DNA of 64,000 nt from Nitrosopumilus sp. (GTDB lineage: Archaea; Thermoproteota; Nitrososphaeria; Nitrososphaerales; Nitrosopumilaceae). The position numbers were made by a program, and so were the translations under genes. Shown in pieces: positions 30,975 through 40,052 of this stretch. The notes below the pieces were generated by a model, which worked only from the letters and a program-made list of their open reading frames with translations, ran no database searches and was not told the DNA's origin. The stretch's first letter is position 1; every line of letters begins with the position of its first letter. The DNA lies in assembly GCA_965203315.1 (NCBI GenBank), contig OZ241857.1:1216001-1280000 (forward strand). The letters run 5' to 3'.

Positions 30975-32035
30975 CTGATATCCTCCTTGAGTTTCACGAG
31001 ATTTTGCATATCTCTCTTTGTTATCTCTACTATATCACGTCGCTCTAGTCGTTTGACTGCACGCCACATGGTTGTCTTTGGTTGCAGAAATCTTTTACGC
31101 AGATCACGTTCCAAGACTTGACCACCGTTATCCAAGATAAACTTGATAATTTTTTTATCGTCTTCGCGTATCTCTGGATCTGCAAGAATTAGATCTAGTC
31201 GAGATGGTGGAGTTACAGTTGGAGTCTCTGTTGTACTGTCTGTTGTACTGTCTACAAGTGTAGATGGAGTAGATTCTGTGGGTGCCGGTATTGCAGGTTT
31301 AGAGACAGTATCAAGAGCTTTGGGTTTGTGTGATAGACGTCTTAACAGATAGATAGTAACTACAGCTATACCTGCAGATATAGCTGCAATGATCACATAC
31401 ATGTACGGTATATCATCAGACTCTTCTATAGCTAGATTGATAGGTGTAGATTTGATAACATATCTTATCTCATACAGACCAGGACCAAAACCAAACTCTA
31501 GTTGATTGTTGATGGATCTTGTACTTGTAGGAAATGCATCCATGTGCTCGATTATAGTATTTGGAGGCAGTAGTAAAGTATGATTTGTGGGAGAGTCGAA
31601 CGAGAAGGTCCATGTGCGACCCTTCTTTGAGATTAGATCGTGTATATCATAGTGTATAGTAATATTGGTTGTACCGAGAGTAGTAATTGTAGCTAGATCA
31701 TCTTGTATCTCACTAGACAGTGGAGTACCATCTTTATCAATCGCAAAAAAGTTGTCGATATTGGGACCAAAGAGATCGTGTTGATGATCCGGTGATAGTG
31801 GATCGACATTGACTTCAGTCCGCACATTAGCTACACCATCATCATAGACTACAATATCAAGTGATCTAACAGTTGCTAACGATGGTTGAACATAAAAAGT
31901 CAAGGCCGCAATCAGTATACTAGTGACTAACAATGATGCTCTAACCATTGCGTTATGGATATTTCCACGCCTTACAAAAAGCATTCCATCGTCTATGGAT
32001 GTCTTCCTGTGAGTTGATATCAGTTTGTGGTCCAT
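30971..32035 (-). CDS. Membrane-anchored regulator: extracellular beta domain, TM, cytoplasmic winged HTH (COG2512-like)
   Basis: C-terminal DDKKIIKFILDNGGQVLERDLRKRFLQPKTTMWRAVKRLERRDIVEI. The true start is probably downstream of 32035. Confidence 0.8.
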   Translation of the reverse strand: MDHKLISTHRKTSIDDGMLFVRRGNIHNAMVRASLLVTSILIAALTFYVQPSLATVRSLDIVVYDDGVANVRTEVNVDPLSPDHQHDLFGPNIDNFFAIDKDGTPLSSEIQDDLATITTLGTTNITIHYDIHDLISKKGRTWTFSFDSPTNHTLLLPPNTIIEHMDAFPTSTRSINNQLEFGFGPGLYEIRYVIKSTPINLAIEESDDIPYMYVIIAAISAGIAVVTIYLLRRLSHKPKALDTVSKPAIPAPTESTPSTLVDSTTDSTTETPTVTPPSRLDLILADPEIREDDKKIIKFILDNGGQVLERDLRKRFLQPKTTMWRAVKRLERRDIVEITKRDMQNLVKLKEDIR

Positions 32036-32036
32036 G

Positions 32037-32324
32037 CTAACACTTTAGATTCATACTGGTTACTAGTTCCTGGAACCGTTTGAACTCTTTAAGGAATGCA
32101 ATGCCTTGTTCGGATATTACGAACAGTCTGTTTCGTCCCATTCGTATTGGTTTGAGCATGCCAGCGCCTATGAGTTTATCACACTTTTTTAGTGTAGCAT
32201 AGTGCGAGAGATTGGCCTGACGAGATATCGTAGATACCAGAACACCATTGCGACCTCCATCAATAGTAGTACTGAGAATGTCTCCCAATATTCCCATCTC
32301 TGAACGATACTGTTGTTTAGACAT
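32037..32324 (-). CDS. Winged-helix transcriptional regulator (HTH_45-like)
   Basis: YRSEMGILGDIL...ISRQANLSH...FVISEQG. Start placed at MSKQQ. Confidence 0.82.
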   Translation of the reverse strand: MSKQQYRSEMGILGDILSTTIDGGRNGVLVSTISRQANLSHYATLKKCDKLIGAGMLKPIRMGRNRLFVISEQGIAFLKEFKRFQELVTSMNLKC

Positions 32325-32484
32325 GGTAAGTATAACGTGATAGGTGTTTATGAGGAATCTTTTGAAACCATAAAGCGGAACGCAAGAGGGAACGCAAGTT
32401 TCATCCACTCAAAATGCCAGAAATTCTACAAAATCGCGAAATACTGCGGCATTGTTTAGAGACGCGATCAGAATCGATCATTAT

Positions 32485-32734
32485 GGATCTCTTCGGTTTA
32501 CATGGGATGAATGATTACAGAAAAAGTACTACAAGATTCTATATAGTCGTGAACATAATAATTTTCCTAGTGCATAGTATCACAATTTGGCATTATCCGT
32601 TCCGCTAGAGGTAAATTTCGTCTCTGATCTCACATATGCAAAAGTAAACAAGAAAACAATTCCGTTTGTGACTATAGAAGAAAATTATGGAAAAAGCCTT
32701 GCGAAACGCTATCCCATGTAAATCGAAGAGATTC
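32485..32734. mobile_element. MITE family D containing a nested family C MITE
   Basis: TIR GGATCTCTTCGGTTTACATGGGAT / ATCCCATGTAAATCGAAGAGATTC. Matches 21008-21120 once the insert is removed. Confidence 0.85.
32544..32674. mobile_element. MITE family C (IS630-derived), copy 2
   Basis: TAGTCGTGAACATAAT...GTTTGTGACTA with TA|TA duplication. Confidence 0.88.
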
Positions 32735-32777
32735 GATCATCTAATAACTTTTTATTCTTACTCTGAGAGAGGATATT

Positions 32778-33239
32778 GTGTTTGACAAGTTCAAGAAAGA
32801 GGGAGGCGAGTTGGTCGAGGAACAACCCGAGATCGAACCAGAAGCTAGAGGCGATGTAGAGTCGAGTAATAGTGGAACAGAGATAGGAATAGGCGAGTTG
32901 ATGGACAAACGAGCCAAGCTCGAAGAGGCGATAGATTATGTCGGTATGATGATAAAGAGTCTCAAAGACAAACGAACTCTCTTAGAGAAGGATATTGAGG
33001 ACGAGTCAGTAGATATCAAGAACCTCAAAGAAAAGTTGGTAAAGGTTGGGCAGTATATAGACGAAGAGAGTCACGGTATCGAAGAGTTGACTAACAAGAG
33101 AAGACAGGTAGAGAATGAGGCGGATGAGGTTGGCTCAATAATCGCATCACTACGAGAGAGACTTACTGGTATCGATCGAGTGATCGATGATGAAGGTAGT
33201 AGAGTTAGGCGAATAAAAGAGAGTAGAGAGAGTTTATAG
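32778..33239 (+). CDS. Conserved coiled-coil protein
   Basis: Heptad-rich charged ORF. Confidence 0.72.
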   Translation: MFDKFKKEGGELVEEQPEIEPEARGDVESSNSGTEIGIGELMDKRAKLEEAIDYVGMMIKSLKDKRTLLEKDIEDESVDIKNLKEKLVKVGQYIDEESHGIEELTNKRRQVENEADEVGSIIASLRERLTGIDRVIDDEGSRVRRIKESRESL

Positions 33240-33884
33240 ATTAAACGATCTCGTCGATGTCGCTTCTTGAGAACTCGTCGGTACTGATGGAAACATCTCA
33301 CTTGCAGAACTCTCTGCAACTGCAGCTGCTTCTTTAAGGATCGCTTCAGACTCTGCATTAGTAGCTCCATCTACACTAAACGCTGCATCACCTGCAAAGC
33401 TCTCTGTCATGAATCCACCCAGTGTGTCTGCAATCTGTGATATCTCTTGTTCAGCGCCTGGCATTATCTTACCTAGTGATGATTTGAGATTCTTCATCAA
33501 GTCCATAGTCGGTATTATAGCAACTACAGTATCACCAAGATCGCTACATGTCGTAAGGCGCAACTCGATCTGTTCTAGTGCTATTCTAGCACCACTCAAT
33601 ACTCGTGTAACCTTTTTGATCTCGGCTAGCTCGTTTGCCAATACCTTACTGGTATGAGTATCGTGTCTCTGAGTAGCCTCAACAATACGATGAAACAGTT
33701 TAGCATCACGCTCTTGAAGGCTTGTAAGCATATGATCAAGTTTTGATATCTGGTGTTGTAATCGCTTGATTGCTTGTTGAACGCGTGGCTTGAGTGGACC
33801 TTTTGGTTTGAGTGTGTCGTTTAGTCTCTCCCCAATTCCTGGCGAGGGTTGTTTTGACCAATTGTCTTGCAGTTTTGCCATCAA
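33234..33884 (-). CDS. cdvB: ESCRT-III / Snf7-family CdvB paralog
   Basis: ANELAEIKK...IALEQIELRLTT...DLGD...AEQEI...EAILKEAAAVAE. Confidence 0.88.
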   Translation of the reverse strand: MMAKLQDNWSKQPSPGIGERLNDTLKPKGPLKPRVQQAIKRLQHQISKLDHMLTSLQERDAKLFHRIVEATQRHDTHTSKVLANELAEIKKVTRVLSGARIALEQIELRLTTCSDLGDTVVAIIPTMDLMKNLKSSLGKIMPGAEQEISQIADTLGGFMTESFAGDAAFSVDGATNAESEAILKEAAAVAESSASEMFPSVPTSSQEATSTRSFNL

Positions 33885-34209
33885 ACTAGCTTTCTAGTAT
33901 TTACTACTTAATCTCATGTGTAAATATTGGTCAGTGGTGTGTCAAAAATCATTAACCTTAATTTTCGATATAGATGCAGTGATAATCGACTGGTCAATTT
34001 GTGCTACAGTTCTGAATAGCCACAAACTGCATCGCTGATCGCGATGTGTACAAATCCCAAGCTAATGATTTACTAGAATTTCATTGAAGAGTCACTAGAC
34101 AATATGCATTCTTGTACTCTATATGACCAAATCCAATAGTGTTCAGATGTGAGACATTAAAAGAGATCGCAAAGTTTTGCTGTCTACGATCTAGGTAAAA
34201 CCACCATGA

Positions 34210-34803
34210 ATGCCATTATGCGATAGAATATTTAGTGAGTCTAATTTTATGACAATCATGAATGAGATGTTTGGTTTTGATCTACCTGATAGATCAGTCA
34301 AACTTGCGGATAGAGATTATGTGAATCTAGTGAACAGAATCCGTGGAAACTTTCTCAGTTATGTCTCTGTACTGGATCATACCCTAAGTTTGATTATAAC
34401 AGAAATTTTTCTACGAGACAAGGACTCTATCGCACTCTGGACAAGTACTGTCTTTGATGAAGATAGAGTAACTTTTGGTGCCAAGATCATTTGGTTATCA
34501 AGAATAATTAGCAACTCTGAACTAGGTACAACTATAACAGATAAAGATCGAGTAAAGCTGCAAAAGAGTCTAGATTTTATAAGAAATGTCAGAAACGATT
34601 TTGCTCACAATCATGCATACAACAAGCAGATAGTTGCGAGTGACATAGAGGATCGAGTTATAAGACTATATGAATTTGAGGGTGGGGTTAAAACGATCAA
34701 ACTGTTCAAGATGCAAGAGATTATGGATATTATCAATGACACATGGGTACTAGAACAGTTGACGATGCTACAAAGAGCAGCAGAGAGAGTGCGGGATCGA
34801 TGA
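34210..34803 (+). CDS. Hypothetical protein with HEPN-type RxxxxH motif
   Basis: TFGAKI...IRNVRNDFAH in a helical context. Start may be 34249 or 34258. Confidence 0.6.
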   Translation: MPLCDRIFSESNFMTIMNEMFGFDLPDRSVKLADRDYVNLVNRIRGNFLSYVSVLDHTLSLIITEIFLRDKDSIALWTSTVFDEDRVTFGAKIIWLSRIISNSELGTTITDKDRVKLQKSLDFIRNVRNDFAHNHAYNKQIVASDIEDRVIRLYEFEGGVKTIKLFKMQEIMDIINDTWVLEQLTMLQRAAERVRDR

Positions 34804-35231
34804 TGTCACGGGGAATAATTATAGGTATAGTAATTGTCGTGATTGGCGCATTTGTAATTATACTATCAGAAGATCAACCTAGGACTGATCGTGATACAAT
34901 ATTTCACATAACACTTGCAGATCCAGAGATATACACCAATGGCATATTTGTGTCAGATATTACACTTGATGCAGGCAGATATGCATTCGAGTTTGTTCCA
35001 AGTGGATCTAGTCCGCAACAGATTACAATACACCTAGATGGTTCAGAACAGAGTATTCGTCACGAGTTTGAGTTAAAGGGAACACTACAGAATACTGGCA
35101 TATCAGAGTATTATACGTGGGAGTATCTAGGTGATGATACATTCGTGATCTCTGACTTGCAAGAGATGACTATAACTATTGATCCGCATGGAGACACATC
35201 TGGATCGGTATCTGTCTACATTATGGAATAG
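34800..35231 (+). CDS. Conserved membrane-anchored hypothetical protein
   Basis: N-terminal TM, FHITLADP...YYTWEY. Confidence 0.72.
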   Translation: MMSRGIIIGIVIVVIGAFVIILSEDQPRTDRDTIFHITLADPEIYTNGIFVSDITLDAGRYAFEFVPSGSSPQQITIHLDGSEQSIRHEFELKGTLQNTGISEYYTWEYLGDDTFVISDLQEMTITIDPHGDTSGSVSVYIME

Positions 35232-35232
35232 G

Positions 35233-35323
35233 GCGTAACCCCCATAACAGCAGAACGTTGAGAGACTTCCTCTCTACTTCAGATCTCACCTGATCACCCT
35301 TTTTTTGTTCTGCGGGGTTACGC
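35233..35323. mobile_element. Single-copy MITE-like element or long hairpin
   Basis: Terminal IR GCGTAACCCC / GGGGTTACGC. Confidence 0.45.
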
Positions 35324-35391
35324 TAAGTCAGTCGATAGGATTTATGTCCTTCAACATCATATGATATAGGAGTTTTAACTATTTAACATTT

Positions 35392-35749
35392 GGCGATTGC
35401 TCATTTCGAGCCCCTAACCGAATATGATCAAATTTAGATGTAAGTTTTGATATATTTGATATCTCTTCTTAAGGTGGGAAATGACGTGTATGATGCACGG
35501 GTCTTTGATGGATACCAGCGAGAATCAGTTGATCACCAGAATATCTTTGCTAGGGACGAAGTGCACATCAACGGAATGGAAGGGTTCTGGGGCTTTACAA
35601 AATTAAACATGGTGAAGCATCGTGGGGTGAGCTCAAAGAAATTCTTACTGTATCTCAAAGAGAGGGAGTGGTGATGCAAGAACCGAGAGTGCGATCTGTT
35701 TGATTTATTGATGCAATACACGCTTAGGGGCTCGAAATGAGCAATCGTC
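35392..35749 (+). mobile_element. Internally deleted IS1595-family element
   Basis: 26-bp TIR GGCGATTGCTCATTTCGAGCCCCTAA with 1 mismatch, AACATTT direct repeat on both sides, and VHINGMEGFWGFTK...LYLKEREW. Confidence 0.9.
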
Positions 35750-35848
35750 AACATTTTAGTAAAATTTTAGAGAATTTTGTGCGAGAAAAACTTTCAGTCG
35801 CAATCGAGTTAAAAGAATCTGTAATCGATAGTTTCTAGAGATGTGTCT

Positions 35849-37600
35849 CTACGCCTCATCATCTTCAGGTGGGTCTGTCACAGGTGGAGTGAATTTGTAC
35901 GAATCTGCATGAGTGCCTATCAGTCTAGCCTTATCATTTGTGCCATATAGAACAATATCATAGTCGCCAGATGTTAGAGAGATCGTAAATGACTCATTGT
36001 TTTCAGTGATGCTGTGACTGCCACGTGTTACAGTATCGTCAGAGGCAGTCGCAATCCAGTGGATCGTACTTGGTCGAAGTGCTTTGACGGTGTTGTCTCC
36101 AGAGGTAAAGTTCTTTTTCTCAAACGTGTATGAAAATTGTATGCCAGTTGAAGAATTTGTGGCAGATATGTTCAGGTCAAATATCTTTGCTATCTGCCTA
36201 GACTGCTCCTTTTTAATGACACCAAATTGGCACACTACATCATCACTTAACTGTACACTAGTACCTTGAGGAACGTGGACTGTACCGGGCGCATTACGAA
36301 CTGTACCGGGCGCAAAGTTTGTGCTGTCAGCATCTGGTAGCTGTATGATCAAGCCGTTATCTAATTTTTTATAGAATATTGGAGCTGCGCTATAATATAG
36401 TGGAGAACCGCTAGAGCTGGTACTGTATACTCGTTTGTTGTTTATGGTATTATCGGTTTCAAAAAAGAATGCGATCAAACGACTAGTATCACTGTCACCA
36501 AATAGACTGTTTGAGATGGTAGCGCTATAATATCTAGAACCGCCACGTTCTTCGATAAAGGTAGAAGGCAGAGAGATAGAAAAGACGCCAGCATCTTTCT
36601 TTATGATCACAAAGACTCGACCGTCAAACTCTGTTTGACCCGTTGAAAATTTCAAGACGACATCTTGATCGGAGGTCATCGATACCGTATAGGATATCTT
36701 GTGACGTTCTTGACTGCACTTTGGCATTGAGAGATATTGTGTCATAATATCTTTATTTTGTGTAGTAAGGGTCGTGCTGTTTATCATGTTAGAGTAATCT
36801 TGATGAGTGTGTGTAGATCCAAGTTGGCTAGATGTAGAACTTGTGGATGTGGTGCCTGGATTGAGATTTACAACATTTGTAGGCGTGGTTATGGTATCTG
36901 CTGCTCCATAAAAGCCAGTCAGTCGTTTTGTAATGATGACCATATCATCACCATGTTTGCCATAACATACAGTGTTGTTACCTTTGAGAGTGTTGTTGCT
37001 TGTGTGAATTATTGTACTAGTACACGTAGGAATTGGTTGAGCATTTAGTATGTTGTCACGCGGAGAAAAGTAGAATGGTTTTTTGTCTGCCTTGTCATAT
37101 ATGGTGACTCGCAGGTCCCTGCCGATTATCAATGGTTGGTCAGAGGTAGCTTCAGGATCTGGTGAGCAACTTTTGCCTGAAACTTGAAAGTCTAATCCGT
37201 ATGCAAATAGATTTTTCTTTTTGTTAGGTTCTATATTCTTGGGTATGTCAAAGCCTGGAACACGTTTTGCGTTGAGCCATTTAACACGCTCAAAATCTGC
37301 ATAGCAAAGAGTGTTAGGAGGGCTCACAAGCGCAGGGTGCGGTAGTGTCCTAGCGTACGGTATAATATAGAGATCACCCGTAGGTCTTTCTGAGACGTCA
37401 ACTAATCTAGGAACGCGAGTCTGATAGTTCATAGTACCATATCCGTCTAGCCTGAAAGCAACTTGACCATCTATTGTCTCGTTGGTTAATGGCGATATCA
37501 TTAATAGATCACTAGTTGCAAATGCATCATCTATCTCAACTATCAGAAACGGTATAACTGTTATTAAAACTAGAACAGGGATCAGATGACGCTTATTCAA
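35849..37600 (-). CDS. Secreted modular protein sharing two domains with the S8 peptidase
   Basis: Signal peptide. KKPFY...CYGKHGDDMVIITKRLTGF and MPKC...QIAKIFDL...IHWIA...YDIVLYGTN align with segments of 8149-12543. Confidence 0.85.
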   Translation of the reverse strand: MNKRHLIPVLVLITVIPFLIVEIDDAFATSDLLMISPLTNETIDGQVAFRLDGYGTMNYQTRVPRLVDVSERPTGDLYIIPYARTLPHPALVSPPNTLCYADFERVKWLNAKRVPGFDIPKNIEPNKKKNLFAYGLDFQVSGKSCSPDPEATSDQPLIIGRDLRVTIYDKADKKPFYFSPRDNILNAQPIPTCTSTIIHTSNNTLKGNNTVCYGKHGDDMVIITKRLTGFYGAADTITTPTNVVNLNPGTTSTSSTSSQLGSTHTHQDYSNMINSTTLTTQNKDIMTQYLSMPKCSQERHKISYTVSMTSDQDVVLKFSTGQTEFDGRVFVIIKKDAGVFSISLPSTFIEERGGSRYYSATISNSLFGDSDTSRLIAFFFETDNTINNKRVYSTSSSGSPLYYSAAPIFYKKLDNGLIIQLPDADSTNFAPGTVRNAPGTVHVPQGTSVQLSDDVVCQFGVIKKEQSRQIAKIFDLNISATNSSTGIQFSYTFEKKNFTSGDNTVKALRPSTIHWIATASDDTVTRGSHSITENNESFTISLTSGDYDIVLYGTNDKARLIGTHADSYKFTPPVTDPPEDDEA

Positions 37601-37608
37601 TAATTACT

Positions 37609-37620
37609 CCCCCCCCCCCC
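37609..37620 (-). promoter_or_regulatory. G12 homopolymer between the TATA box and the start codon
   Basis: Minus strand: ATCTTTATAAAAGC-G12-AGTAATTA-TTG. Confidence 0.65.
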
Positions 37621-37851
37621 GCTTTTATAAAGATATCGATCTGCAGTTTGCGAGGTATGGATCAAGAGATTTGAACCAAATGAGAATTTGATGTAATGTT
37701 TATGCTAAATACAGGTTCTATCAACGTGTCTAAGACTCAACGTATCTCAGGATCAAGTCGCCAAACTAATAGCAGAGAAACAAGCGAGACCTTGGCATAT
37801 AATACATCGACTGGGTATGGAATTAATACAGCATGGAATGAATAAACATTA

Positions 37852-38058
37852 ATGCGAGATCGGAGATCAAAGATAAAACTACTAGTTCTGTTGGGGGTAA
37901 TATGGATAATTATAACTCTGCCACTTCCATGGATAATAAACAACCCAGATGTATCTGAATCACAGTTTTATACGATTTTAGGAATAATTGGGATAATGAC
38001 GATTCCGTTTGTAGTACTTGGGATCGTATGGACACTAAAGCCTGAACTTACCACCTAA
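37852..38058 (+). CDS. Small two-TM membrane protein
   Basis: Hydrophobic ORF immediately upstream of cysQ. Confidence 0.72.
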   Translation: MRDRRSKIKLLVLLGVIWIIITLPLPWIINNPDVSESQFYTILGIIGIMTIPFVVLGIVWTLKPELTT

Positions 38059-38060
38059 CT

Positions 38061-38873
38061 ATGACCGACATACCTATCTCCAACAAGATTCCAGAGTTGG
38101 ATATCGCACTAGATGCAGTAACTGCAGCTAGTGCTGTAATATTAGAGATATATCAAGAAGAGTTTGAGCATATCAAGAAGAGTGATGGTTCACCACTAAC
38201 TAGAGCTGATATATCTAGTAACAAGATCCTCAAAGAGATCCTTCGCAAATCTGGTCATCATATATTATCAGAGGAAGATGAAGATGATACAGATCGATTA
38301 AATGAAGATACAATCTGGGTGATCGATCCTCTTGATGGAACATCAGACTTTGTAGACAAGACTGACGAGTTTACAACGATGGTGTCGTTAGTACATAAAA
38401 AGACGCCCATAGTTGGCGTAATAGGATGGCCAGTCAAAGGGCAGTTCTATATAGCACAGAGAGGTTGCGGTGTGTTAAAGTTTGATGCCAAGGGTTGGTC
38501 CAACATCAAAGTATCGGATGTGTCTGATCTATCGAGATGTAGAATAGTTGGATCCAGACATCATCTGTCAGATAGGGACAAGTCGTTTATTACAAGTTTG
38601 AATGCTGCACAGTTTACAAGTATTGGTAGTTCACTCAAAGTTGTAAAGATCAGTTCTGGTGAAGCCGATGCATACATCACTACAACTACAAAGATGAAAG
38701 AGTGGGATACGGCTGCATCGCATTGTATAATACATGAAGCAAAAGGCCGGATGACCGATATGTGTGGAAATGAACTAACCTACAACAACTATGACGTATA
38801 TCATAGAAATGGCATCTTGGTAACGAACGATATAATCCACAGAGAGATATTACAAGCGTATCAAAAATTATAG
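38061..38873 (+). CDS. cysQ: 3'(2'),5'-bisphosphate nucleotidase
   Basis: SPLTRAD, LSEE, WVIDPLDGT, SRHH, GSSLK, EWDTAA. Confidence 0.92.
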   Translation: MTDIPISNKIPELDIALDAVTAASAVILEIYQEEFEHIKKSDGSPLTRADISSNKILKEILRKSGHHILSEEDEDDTDRLNEDTIWVIDPLDGTSDFVDKTDEFTTMVSLVHKKTPIVGVIGWPVKGQFYIAQRGCGVLKFDAKGWSNIKVSDVSDLSRCRIVGSRHHLSDRDKSFITSLNAAQFTSIGSSLKVVKISSGEADAYITTTTKMKEWDTAASHCIIHEAKGRMTDMCGNELTYNNYDVYHRNGILVTNDIIHREILQAYQKL

Positions 38874-39389
38874 GAGATCGTGGTTTTTTAGAAATGCGCG
38901 TATCTTGTCGGCACTCTCCGTGAGGGACTCGTATTCGGTGTCAATTAGTAGATCTGGATTCTCCGGCGGTTCGTATGGATCATCGATTCCTGTAAATCCT
39001 TTTATCTCACCTTTGCGTGCCTTGGCGTACATTCCTTTGACATCACGTTCCTCACACTTTGCCAATGAGCACTTTACATAACACTCTACAAACTGATCTG
39101 ATGCGTTTACAATATCCCGTGCGCTAGATCTGTTCTCAGCGTATGGTGAAACGAGTGATACGGCACTAGGAACGCCATGTTTGAGCAAGAGTTTTGCTAG
39201 ATGAGCAACGCGTCTGTTGTGTTCATCACGCCCTGCCTTTGAAAAGTCCTTTGGTGAGAACCACTCTCTGAGCTCATCACCATCGAGCATCGCAAGGTTT
39301 GGGATGTCTCTTTGTAGATCGCGTACGATTGTGGTCTTGCCAGAGCAGGGAAGGCCTGTCATCCAGAGTACAAATGGTCTCATAATCAA
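38868..39389 (-). CDS. cysC: Adenylyl-sulfate kinase
   Basis: WMTGLPCSGKTT, LDGD, RDVKGMY, FTGIDDPYEPP. Confidence 0.96.
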   Translation of the reverse strand: MIMRPFVLWMTGLPCSGKTTIVRDLQRDIPNLAMLDGDELREWFSPKDFSKAGRDEHNRRVAHLAKLLLKHGVPSAVSLVSPYAENRSSARDIVNASDQFVECYVKCSLAKCEERDVKGMYAKARKGEIKGFTGIDDPYEPPENPDLLIDTEYESLTESADKIRAFLKNHDLL

Positions 39390-39415
39390 ATACTCGATAT
39401 CTATCCATAAAGAGT

Positions 39416-39970
39416 TTACCTAGTATACTTGGTATACCAAGGACGACTCTCTAGATACTCGATCTCGCGTATAATCAACTCGAGTTTTTTAGATACTGCC
39501 ATGACCGACTTGAACTGTTCGTACATCTCTATCTCTTCTTCCTTTGAGAGAACCATCTCTTCGGCTTGATCAAAGAACTTGTCCTCTTTGGAGAGATGAT
39601 CTTGTAGGTATATCGAGTATGTACGAAGATATCTAGCTACGGGTTCTCGTGCATCTGTACCCTCTCTCCATTGGTTTAGATGTTTTTGTAGACTTGTAGC
39701 AATACGTCTAGAGAACTCGTGTTCGATGAGCAGTACACGGATCTCTTCTTTTAGTGTACCATAGCTTGCAACACATGCAAAGTACGAGTCTTCTTCGCGA
39801 GAGTAGTGGATCGAGTCCAAGAATTCAGATATAACATAGATGATCTTATCAATATCGGATAGAGGTACATCATAGTTGTCATATAGTTTGGTATAGCACT
39901 GTACGATGATATCTTGTAGTCTGTGTATCTGTTTGTGATCATTACGTAGTGTACTAGTTGCACTATCCAA
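39416..39970 (-). CDS. Hemerythrin/HHE-domain protein
   Basis: LRNDH, HYSREE, IEHE, HLSKED. Confidence 0.85.
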   Translation of the reverse strand: MDSATSTLRNDHKQIHRLQDIIVQCYTKLYDNYDVPLSDIDKIIYVISEFLDSIHYSREEDSYFACVASYGTLKEEIRVLLIEHEFSRRIATSLQKHLNQWREGTDAREPVARYLRTYSIYLQDHLSKEDKFFDQAEEMVLSKEEEIEMYEQFKSVMAVSKKLELIIREIEYLESRPWYTKYTR

Positions 39971-40052
39971 GTGTATAACCAGATGTAAAACGGTTTAATT
40001 TGTGTTTGTTGGAATTTGTGATTAATTTTTAACCATCATACAGAATTGAAAG

